A DNA stretch of 64,000 nt from Phoronis australis (lineage: Eukaryota; Animalia; Phoronida). The notes below the pieces were generated by a model. The model saw only the letters and a program-made list of their open reading frames with translations, was not told where the DNA came from and searched no databases. Positions 1-10,810 of the stretch are shown piece by piece (position 1 is the stretch's first letter; each line of letters opens with the position of its first letter). A program made the translations under genes and the position numbers. The DNA is taken from the NCBI GenBank assembly GCA_002633005.1, contig NMRA01000243.1, forward strand, positions 76,783 to 140,782, written 5' to 3'.

Positions 1-60
1 GAGCAGACGACGGAAACGGAGTCGTAGTGCGCAGCGCCACTGCCGGTCGCCTGGGATATC
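1..60 (-). repeat. Dispersed GC-rich repeat end, inverted copy at 50746-50805
   Basis: The reverse complement GATATCCCAGGCGACCGGCAGTGGCGCTGCGCACTACGACTCCGTTTCCGTCGTCTGCTC differs from 50746-50805 by about 6 substitutions. Confidence 0.8.
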
Positions 61-416
61 GCGGGAGAGCTTATACTTAGCCATAGTTCCGTTACGAATG
101 CGCCGTGTTCCGAATTTGACACTTGAAATTGGATTTGAGCCCCCTCCCCCCCAACAATAAAACTGCACACATTTAGATCTTTTTTCATCCGTATAATTTT
201 AATTACCAGGGTTAATTAATAAACTCATCATTTCCCTACGCTCTTACTGTTTTATTTTTTTGAGGCAGCCAAGGGCCCCCCCCTAAATCCGCCTATGGTA
301 CGATTGTAGTACGCCATTTTAAAATAATTGTAGAACTGGTATTAACGAAGGAAAATTTTTAACAGCACATTACTGCACATAAGCATACTATACCGCTTGC
401 ATTGACCAATGAGCTA

Positions 417-3400
417 CTAACTCATTGCATTGTGGAAGTATTGAAAAGACTGGCTGTGCCCAATACCTTGCTGGCAGATAAAGCCTATGCCCGTATAGTG
501 TTCGTTGCCGCCACCACTTCGACAGCTCGTTGTTTCCCATTTCCAGCTTCCGTCGTTTTTCATCATGTGAACGCACAACCGAGAATCGTGATTTCTCGGC
601 TGATTCTGCCCCCAGTTCGTGTAGTTACCGTCCACAGTAAAATTTTCTATGCGAAAAGTAGTAATACATCTATTTGATGAAAATACATTATTCTTTAATC
701 CAGCGACTCTATAAAAGATATAGTTGTCCGTATAAGAGATACAACAATGAAACACACGAATCAAGGGTGTGTTCCTTAACAGTAAAGGAAGACCTTAGAC
801 CCAGAGACTAATAAATCACACAGAGCATGTTACTCTTGCTTAAAAGGGCCAAATTGACGAATGGATAAAATCGTCTGATTAGTTGTGAACACCGCCCCCT
901 ACTCAAATTCTTCACCTCGGCGGTCGTCATACTGGATTTTAGCTACCCGTCTCTAAACAAGCGTTTACAGACGCACGGGGGCAAACGCAGAATCCTTGGG
1001 TAATACAATTTGGCCTGAATGTGGCAAAAGAAAACGCCACTTGTTATTTGTGAATCAGGTTATAGTTATTGCATGTGCCATGACATGGATTGATTCGCGA
1101 AACCATTCTTGACAACAGCGCGGACTGCAGAACGTAATCTGCGGTTAGACTTGTTGGCTTACATTTGTTTTACATCACGGCGAGTCTTCTTTCAACTTCC
1201 GAAACGTCTATCAGTGCAACTGCTTTCGGTAATTCACCTCTCTGCTCTGTATTCTTGCGGTGGCGCAATATGGTGCGAAGAGGCTTCGCGTACCATTTAA
1301 CAAGCCTACGCTTGAGTGATTCACTAAATCGTGTTTTTATACATATACGAATAAGTGAAGTTTAGCTGTAAGTAGCCCTATACACCCAAAATAACAAAAC
1401 ACGTCTAAGAAATGCTTTAAGGCATATGCGTGCATATGCGACGATGCACCTACAATGTATATCCAGAGTTCGATGCATGCGAGTTTGTCCGTCCTCTTAC
1501 CTGAGCCTGAAGCTCCTTTAGCGAAGCACCAAGGGCAATCCTTTTCGCACGATTTCGAGGAGTCATAGCAGCAGCCTTGAGAATGACAGACTTCTTCAAG
1601 GTCTCCATGTTTGTTTGTATCGTGATTGGGAAAACAATCCCATTTAATGATGCCAGAGATGGAGGCCATGGAGCAAGCCTGGACATCTGTAGTGATAGAA
1701 TACCAAACGCGTTGCTCTAACAAATGTAAATATTGCAATTGTGGCCTAGGAATTGAAAGACATATGGTCCAGTTACGTCTCTGAATTAACAATAGACAAA
1801 AATTATGTCTGTAGTCTAAAATGATACTTCAGCATTGTTGAATACGCAGTTCCCTTTCTATTAATTTTCCACTTGTTAATTTCCTCATCGTCTAGAGCAT
1901 GAAAAAGACGTCGTTGTTCAAACTTTTTTTAAAGTGCCATAGGATGTGAAAAAGGGGTTCTCTGCCACTAAAACAATATTCAAACTGTTCACCAGGTAAA
2001 TTTTACGGTTTGTCCGTAAAGATTTTGAATGTCTGTCGATATTAAAGCACTTCGCCTTAGTTTCAAATTCAAAAAAACAAGCTTTCATCTGTTGGTCACT
2101 ACGTCGATTTTCTCACACACGGCAAAGCACGTGTTTGGCATGGCAAGACATTGACGGAGCGCAATTCCCTGATAGGGAAGATGCGACTTTGACCTTTGGC
2201 GCAACTCAAACAATGACGATTTCAAGCAACAGCCAGTCCGACTTCTTTGAGCGCATTCGCGCATATAAATGCGGAGAATTTGTAAATTGTATTGAGATGA
2301 AAGAGTTTACAATTCGTATGTATTTCAAAAATATTGAATCTGACGATTTTTCTTGAAATTCTTGCACTATTCAAAGCGAATAACTCTCACCATAGCATAC
2401 CCAAGAAGTACATTCGCGACGATCTGGTTATGTGATGACGCTGTCGAGCATCGGGTGTGTATTGCGACGTCAACGCACCCAATTCTCGACACCGTTCCAG
2501 CTTGATTTTAGCATAGAACTCTAGCCCTGTAATGTCAAGTTCGATCTCACGCTGCTGAGGTTGTTTCGGTGTTGGCTCTTGCTATGGAATTTACGGTGAA
2601 TAAAAGTTTTCGCAACTTCGCCATTTTTCTACCGAACTGCATACGAGTCATACCATTCGAAAGCTCTTTACGAGTTCTTGAGGGTGTATGATTATACCAG
2701 AAGCAAAAGACAAGAATTTAATTCATTTTGCTTATTCCACAAATTTAAAAATATTTTTTGATTCTGAAAATTAAGAGTGTTACCAAAATGCGAAAAAATG
2801 CAGGGAGATCCAAAAGATTTATATCCTCACAGTTGCTGTGAATAATTAAGCCCAAATTTACTCATCTTTGCATACTAATTTGAACTTAGGTACCGTTTAA
2901 TACAGTCACATTCTTCAGTAAAAATTCAGGATGCAAAACACGTGATAAACTAATTGCTCCAACTGCCTATCTGAAATTTTCAGATAAAAGAATGGCCAAT
3001 CATCTGTTATGTGGCTTTGAAGTGTTCGATGGATAGCTCATTACTTTGGTTGCACTGTAGGATTTTCCACACACGCAGAAATAAGCTAATTGTAATTTCT
3101 TCAAAAACTAAAATTAGTAATCCTGATACATGTTAAAATGTATAGCTAGAGAACACCAAAGGAAATGTCGATGTTTATATTCAGGTTGTCGCCCCCATAA
3201 TCAATCCGCATGTGACGCCAGATCGCATGATGCGTGGGCTGACCTTAGGTCAAATTAATTGCCTTGCCGTGGCATTGTGGGTAAAACATGAGTCGTTTGC
3301 GAGGTCATAGTTTATGAACACGACATCAAAACACATGCACCTGTTTATTCACCTGAATGAATAATTATATCCATCGTCTAGCAGGTCGTTTACGTTTCAT

Positions 3401-6400
3401 AAGTTTTCTTCGATTTTTAGTTTTGATATTTGAACGTATTTTCCGCGACAAAATAATGAAGTAAAAAAAGTAAAATATGCATTAGACTGGATGGATAATC
3501 CTCAATGAATTCTACACGCAAACGTGTTTGCAGGGTTCAGTATCTTTTTAAATCGTACCTGTTTCAGATATCCATTGGAATTGTTTCCCATTCGCGTTTT
3601 GATAGAGTCCAATCCAAAATCCATGTGCTGGTAAATTATGTCCGTTGCTAGCCAAGACGTCAATAATCTGTTGTGTCTCTTTATTGGGTATCCGCACAAG
3701 ATAACCACCATTGTCCTGGCACGTGCTGTTAGCCTGATACCAGTTTTTGTCATCGAAATGTATGGTGTATCTGGTAGTACCGTAACGCTTTGAAGTTGGC
3801 TCTGAGTGCACTGAAATAAAGGAACACTGGTTGAATGGGCATTAAAGTCTCATTGAGCCCGTGCATCGGTGCCTGGTACAAAGGCCTCAACTCCGGTGCA
3901 GCGATAGCTCCCGAAGAAAGCAGCACTGAACACTTATGAGACTGCAACATGTCTAGATGGCCAATTCTCTCCACAGTGGCGAATCTAGGATACCATAAGG
4001 GGGCCAACATTTTGTCTCGGGCAATCGCGCAAAGCACGACTGCATGTGCGCCCTCAGCTTAAAATGTAGGGTGCTCGAATTTCTATGAAAAAAGAGAACA
4101 AACAACGGATGAACGCTTGCTAAATGTTATCTTAGCCGCATGTTCATTACCAGGGTTAGGGTTACTTGATAAGCTCAATATTTCCTCACGCTCTTGCTGT
4201 TTTATTTTTTGGGGGGCAGCCAAGGGGGGGGGGGCTGAGTCCCCCGTAAATCCGCTTGTGCTCCAAGCACAGAAATCTCCTGTAACATAAGCAGAAAGCA
4301 CAAGCTCCGACCAGCACATAACCGTTGTTTTTTTACAAAAAGCGGGAAAATAGAAGCTTTGGTCGACAATTTTTTAAGTAGGGAAAACCTATCCAATAAT
4401 AGTCAAGGTAGACGAGTAAAACTTTGTGACCTAAGATCGAATAACATAAAGCGTACAGCCTTAGACATAACTTTTGATTTAGACAGCTCTCAGCATAAAA
4501 TTTTGGGCTTTACTCACAGACAAGAAGTTGTTTCTGGGTTTGTAAAGAACTAAGTGTTTAAAGTTGCACGAGACCGGATTCATTAAGTACAGTAAGTACA
4601 GCGCATAAAATGACACGCCGTGACAAGCCAACTACTTGAGCCTGGTACCGAGCAATAACGAAGTACCAGATGTTTCCTAGAGCAGAATTCATCCGTAAAA
4701 ACAAGTTAAGGTCAATAACGTTAAGTGATCTGAGTCAGAAGTAAGATTTTTTTTACCGAAAAGGACCTTTTTATCGCACAAGAACCGAAACTGATCACCT
4801 AACTCATATCAGTGACAGTTTGGTTGTCAAAATTCACGAACATCCGCAGTGGGATTTGCGCGTTAGTTTTGATGGGGGGGGGGGGTAAATTTACCGCCGT
4901 ACTAATTTTAGTTCTGTAATAAGGAATGTTACGCCCGTGGATTAAACTTATCTTGGGAACGGTATGATCCAAACTTGAACTTCAAACGGCGATTCATGGA
5001 ACAATAGTGCCGAGATAGTCTTCTGACAATTGAGATTTATTGACAAGGTTATGACAAAGCAATATCAAACCGAATTATCAAATAATACATGAGAACAGTT
5101 GGTGAAAGGTCATAAGTAGACTACAACAAAGTTTTATCAGACGTCAATTAAAAATGACAGCTCCAGATAACGCTATGTCAACCTATCCGTCGGATCAGGG
5201 CTAGGTCTTTACTCCGAAGGGCCTTTACTCGGCGAAGGGCCGTTACTATGAAAGAATTACGAGTAGGATCATTAGTCCGAATAACCTTTACTCCAAATGC
5301 CTATACTCCGAAGGGCCATTATTTTTGGGCCGTTTTTTTCGCACACGTTTGTATTTTTTACATGGCTGTCAACTTTTCTTGACATTTGAGGACCAAAAAG
5401 CGGGAGAGTACCAACAATCACTTACTTTTGCAGTCTGCGTACATGTATACACGTCCTTCGGGGTTAAGTAAGACAATTAAGGGTCACGGAAAGCAAAGCT
5501 CGCAACCATATTATTTCGGAGCAACAGCCTTTCGGAGTATTGGCCCTTCAGAGTATAAGGCTTTCAGTTTAAATGTTACAGCCCACTAGTCCGAAAGTCC
5601 ACTCCGAAAGCCCACTACTCCGAAAGCCCATTACTCCGAAAAAACACTCCAAAACTCCAAAACATGCTCACTACTCCGAAGGCACAGTACTCCGAAAACA
5701 CCTTGTACACTGAAGTCTCCCAAAAGCGAGACTTCCTTGTGTTATCTGAAGCCGCCGTTTCCCTGATGTTTCACTCTTGCCTGTTTTGTTTTTTAAAATA
5801 ACTTTCAGTGTACGTCATTTCTTAATAATGTTCCTCTTCACTATTTAGGCTAAACTCAAAGATCTGCACTTATTAATGGAAAATGTTTAGTGTTACGTCA
5901 TACAGACTTTCGCGACAAATTTACATATAAATAAACAGTCGGAAACATTTTTCCCCTTATTGTAAGATGAGGTGCTAAAATGTGTCGGATGGTGGTCAAT
6001 AAATGAATGTCATCATTGAAGTTTTAAATAATATAAATTTGTTGCATTGGCGGATTTCGGAAAGAGTCAGGGGAGCGGGTCCTCCGCTTTACGGACACGA
6101 CCAAAACATAGAAACGGCGTCGATATGCCATTTGCATACCATTTTCCTTCCAAAAGGTGTTTTGTCGCCCTGCTTCGAATTTCTAGATCCGTCACTGTAC
6201 TAAACAAAGACCGACACAAGGCGTTACGCGTATAACAAAGCAAACAGAAGTGACGGGCAAAGGAACACGGGGAACATTTTTGGATATATATTTGGGCCAA
6301 TATTTTTTAAATAATTGACTAGCGGTTTTTTCACGAAAAATGCAGGGAAGCGGGCAGAAAAAATAGAAATGAAATTACTGCACGGTAGCCACCAACTACA

Positions 6401-7689
6401 TCCTTGAGCACCAGCGACCGCTCCCCCTTACGGCTTTCGTCGCTAACAATATCAAATTCATTTCGAAGTCCTATTACGAAGTCAAAGACTATCTGGGTAA
6501 GAAAGCTGTAGTCTGTCAGATCTCACTATAACTTGTTCGTACTGCGCAGTTGTTTTCGCTTTCAAAACAGTGGCGCATCTAGAATTTAGAAAGGACAACC
6601 GCATTTTTTGAACGAAAGTGGCATGCAAATGGCATATCGGCGTCTTTTTAGTTGTTGGTCGTGTTCACAGGGGGAGCGTAATGTTCCCCTGACTCTTCCC
6701 TAAATCCACCAATGCATCAACTTTTAAGTCATTAAAAAAACTTCAACGAGGGCATTTAAGGGTGTTGAGATTTTGTTAAATTTGAATTTGTATTTACCAC
6801 CTCCCAATACATTTTAGCACCTGTCTTACAATACGAAAGGAAAGGTTCCCGACTACTTTATTTTCATGTGAATTTGTCAAATATCTACATGTCATAACAC
6901 TAAAACTTTTCCATTTTGATAACGTACAGTAAAAAACTCTTTTCAAAAGCCTTTGTGTTTAGTATTAAATACCAAAGAAGAACAAAGACAAAAAACGACG
7001 CACGATAAAAATATTCTATAAATAGTAGAGGTCAGGAGTGAAAAATCGTGGAAACAGCGGAATCGGACAACGTTGGGAGCCCCGCGGTTTTAGGAACTTT
7101 TACAGTTCTGTTTTCTCGGGTTTTTGGAGTAGCGGGCTTTCGAATTTAGTGTTTTTGTTCGAGAATAGTGTAACCCTTGGAAACATGTACTAAGGTCTCG
7201 AGTGGGTAATCAATTTTTGGGTAACAATAACTTACAGGGGTACCACATTTTGAGAACCAGTTTTCGCCACTGAATAATGGGCATCAAACTGGTTTTCAAA
7301 ATCGGGGATCCCATGCTAGTTGGAACGCAAATGCACTTGCCCTGTCACACTAACGTAGTTTTCATGATACAATCTCGAAAAAGGGTGAGAAGCGTTTTAT
7401 AATCTATTAAGGAAAAACACCGTGGACGGTGTGGCAATCGAGGTTTGATTTTGATAGAAGTTTCCGCCCGTTTCCAGCCCATGCCATCAGAATGCAAAGA
7501 CGATGACTGTGACTTTCTGAGAAAAAGTTTAGGGAGACAGGGCCTCAAACGAATGGCGGAATTCATTCTGAGCAAGATAGCCAGTTACAAAAACGAGCAC
7601 AAACATTTTAACCATGGCGCGTGACACGTTTCTCTGAACTCACCTGTGCAAAGAAGGATCAAGGCAATACACAGATTCAAAACGTTCAT
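417..7689 (-). CDS. Secreted C-type lectin-domain protein with a trefoil (P-type) domain inserted inside the CTLD; 4 coding exons, ~237 aa if the last exon reads to the stop at 417
   Basis: Exon 7689-7644 is a signal peptide (MNVLNLCIALILLCT, donor gtgagt). Exon 3810-3559 (acceptor ttatttcag) is the CTLD N-half: KNWYQANSTC..GGYLVRI..FWIGL..FQW. Exon 1686-1501 is the trefoil. Exon 646-467 (acceptor ttttcgcatag) is the CTLD C-half: YTNWGQNQP..LCVHM..WKWETTSC..GFICQ. All introns are phase 1 and the four canonical CTLD cysteines are present. The 3' end is ambiguous: donor gtattg at 466, or read-through to the stop at 417 with AATAAA at ~251-256 on the - strand. Confidence 0.8.
1501..1686 (-). CDS. 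Trefoil (P-type) domain exon, 62 codons, phase 1-1
   Basis: DVQAC..WDCFP..EEVCHSQGCCYDSS..CPWCF matches the trefoil signature C..C..C-x4-CC(Y/F)D..PWCF. Flanked by acceptor ctacag and donor gtaaga. Confidence 0.85.
5580..7160. mobile_element. Foldback-type element with long diverged inverted arms
   Basis: ~5870-6170 is a diverged inverted copy of ~6590-6920. ACTCCGAA-type subterminal repeats lie at 5580-5700 and in reverse at ~7120-7150. A smaller relative lies at ~5205-5560. Confidence 0.55.
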
Positions 7690-9519
7690 GGTCGATAATG
7701 CTCTTTAATCATCTGAGAAGTGTACGGATGATTTCACTAATTCGCGGATTAAGCGGGTCAGGGTTCACGTGCGTCGACAATAACAAAAGAAGTTCTGGGA
7801 ACGAAAGGCACCATCGGAATATTATCGGGTAGTCTTCGACGGACAATTTTCTAATAACTATTGTGTGGAAGCTATCATGCTTATCGTCACGGTATAATCT
7901 TATTAAGATAAAATTATCATTTGCAATTTAATTTGACTGCGAGATTTGATCAGTCAGTGTACTGTTCTAAAATTATGAAGTGTTTGATAAAGTTATTACT
8001 CACCGTCACGTTATACAGCGGAAGTCGTCCATGAACGTTACCTTTTTAGAGGAGTTTTCTACGGTCAGTCTGCCATACTTTACTTTCTAGATTATTTTTG
8101 AAGAAATGAAAGTCATAGTAATAACAATGTCTCACGGCATTGTGGCGTAACGAGAAATCGATGAACTGTCATCCGGTCCCTGAAAAGTGTATTGTCGCGT
8201 TATTCCGTTCTGATGACAGTGTTTGATGTCCGAAACGATGATTTTCAGTCCTAGCTTTGGTACGAAGCAAAACTGATATTTGATTTGAGCTATGATGGCA
8301 TAAACAGGTAATGAAACCAATTCGACATGGATTCAGCCGATTTCTTGAGTCGCTGGTGGTAAGAGACTCCCTATTACAATGAGGAACATTATAAAACCGA
8401 TTTCATGAAAGTAATTCTACTTTCATTTTTAGCCAGGTAAACCTTGGCGCATGGCATCCCTGCTTTGTACATTGAGACGGGTTTAATGAACCCGTGAAAT
8501 ACAGCAATGGCCATAACTTCTGACACAGCGCCGCCTTTCGTAGCACTGTGAAATAATGTACAATGAACCAGTTAATTTGAATATTAAAGAACCATGGGAG
8601 GAGTGAATATATACAAAATCCTACACGAATCTCACTTTTATAACAGGGGGAAAACCTCTTGGAAATTTCGTCAAAACCCCTCGGCTTTTCTCACATGAAC
8701 CGCAAAACCGATCATTTTCCAAAAAATTCAACGTGTGTAAAACTTTCAACCACATGACGCAACTTTTGTAAAAACACGCTTGCGCAATGTAAAGTAGTTC
8801 AGTTACTTTTTGTTAATAGTTTTATTTTAAACTCAGCACTTGTAAATTGCTTACAGATTTCGTAGCAAATATTCAAGTTAGAATCTAATAAACAGTGTTT
8901 GAAGTTGTAAAATCAGAACTTAAAAATGTTTATCAATAACGGTCAGCAAGGTTTCCCCGCGCGTGAGCACTGAATTGACCTTGAGACAACACAATGAGTT
9001 TCTTGAGTTGGGTTCGTTCCCGTTTGAATGAACGTGGATATTCAATTCGCCGTCGAAGATGGGTCCGTTTAAGAAGTTGTTTGCATGTCCTTCTGACTGA
9101 GAGTACGTACAGTTACAACAGTCAGTTTGTTTGGTTGGCGCGTGTTTGGTTGTTTTAGAGTTTGTAGACGATCAAATTTAAGGCGTATGGTTTTCTACCC
9201 TGCAGTACTTTGTGATTCGCCCATGCAATATCAAAAAATTACGTACTCGGTGTTATTAACCAGTCGTGTCTTAGCACATTCCAGGTCATGTGAGAAATAC
9301 AGAGTATGCAACGAATTCCGGCGTTTAGTGATGACGTGCATGGCAGAAGATGACGCAATTTGGATCCTGAAATAAGAATAGACATGCCGTCACACTGGGT
9401 TCAAAACGTCATAATAACGTCAAAATGACATCATGCTAAATACTCCTATAGATGAGGTCGCAAAACGCTACACAGAGTCTTGAATGGAGTCACAAACTGG
9501 CTGGAATTCACGAACTCGC

Positions 9520-10810
9520 AAATGCCACGAAAAAAGTAACCCGCCAAAGCGAGAAAAAAATGAGTAAGCTAGATGTAAATGTTACTCAACCCATTGTATG
9601 AAAGGAGTTAATGAATCCATCAGATGCAACTAATTGGCAAACATGTAAAATGCTCTGGATTACTGAAACCGGCATGTCATGAGATGCAATGATTGAACAA
9701 AACCGTAAAATGAAATTAATAATGGACCGGTAAAATAAAAGGAATTAATGACCTCGTAAAATGTGACTGATTAATAAACCCGGAAAAACGCAATGAATGG
9801 TAGAAGACGTGACATGTTACCGAAACGACAAACCCGTAAATGCGACAAAATATATGACCCAGTGCAATGAAAACGTTGTGGCCGTGCAGTGAGTAGATGA
9901 AGATGCAAAAGAGTAGGAATTCAAAAACCCCCCCAACGCGACAAAATTAAAATTAACAAACGAAACACGAACAGAAAACGTGGCGAAATCATGAGACCTC
10001 AAATGGAACAAAACCATGATCAAATGCGATTCGTAAAAAGTGGCGTAGTGCAATACACGAACTCCTGAGATGTCAGGAACCAAGGAAACCGCAAAATGTT
10101 TGAAATGAATTCCTAATGAACACCTAAAATACGAATATCAATGGGCCCGTGATATAAGACAACGTAGAATTTATGAACGAACATATAATATGTGGCGAAA
10201 CAAACAAACCATAACATGTAAACGCAAACTAATGGAGTGTTAGATGCGACGACTGAACGCCAAGCATGAAATGAGATGAATTATTGAAATCGTAAAATAC
10301 TACAAATTAATTAATTAACAATAAGATGCTACAAATTTATAATCCCGGTAAACTTAATGAATTGATAAACCCGTAAAATTGCATCAGTAAAATGTGAAAA
10401 AAATGATTACCAGTAAATGAGAAAATGTCATATTAAACAACGAGCGAATAAAGAAGTCAGCTGGAGTCATAAATAGAACTGAAGTTGACAAATCGATAAA
10501 ACGCGACGAATTGGCGATCTCGTAAAATGAGACGAATGAACGAATTATGAAATGCAGCAGCAATGAGATGAATGAACGAACTGCGAAGTGGGCAACATGA
10601 TGAACTCGCATAATTGTGAGAAATAAGCGAGCCCGTGATGTTGGAAAATTAGGCTTAGAAATCCGACGATTTAATGAACGAACCAAATAGAATGCTACAA
10701 ATTCATGAAGTCGTCGAATGTGACAAAATAAATGTAGTCATAGAATGCAACCAGAACAACAACAACAACCCCCCCGTAAAATGTGAAAAATAGTAAGCCC
10801 GCAAATTGTG
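9520..10810. repeat. Degenerate A-rich minisatellite, ~26-bp unit
   Basis: Recurring AACCCGTAAAATG.GAC-like core, e.g. GTAAAA at 9705, 9730 and 9756. Confidence 0.65.

Noticed and set aside
8205-8240. CTGATGA...CGAAAC hammerhead-like core
   Set aside because: Stem II does not close, and stems I and III are not evident.
9520-10810. Repeat-plus-variable-spacer appearance suggesting a CRISPR array
   Set aside because: Eukaryotic context, degenerate repeats, spacers related to each other, and no cas genes.
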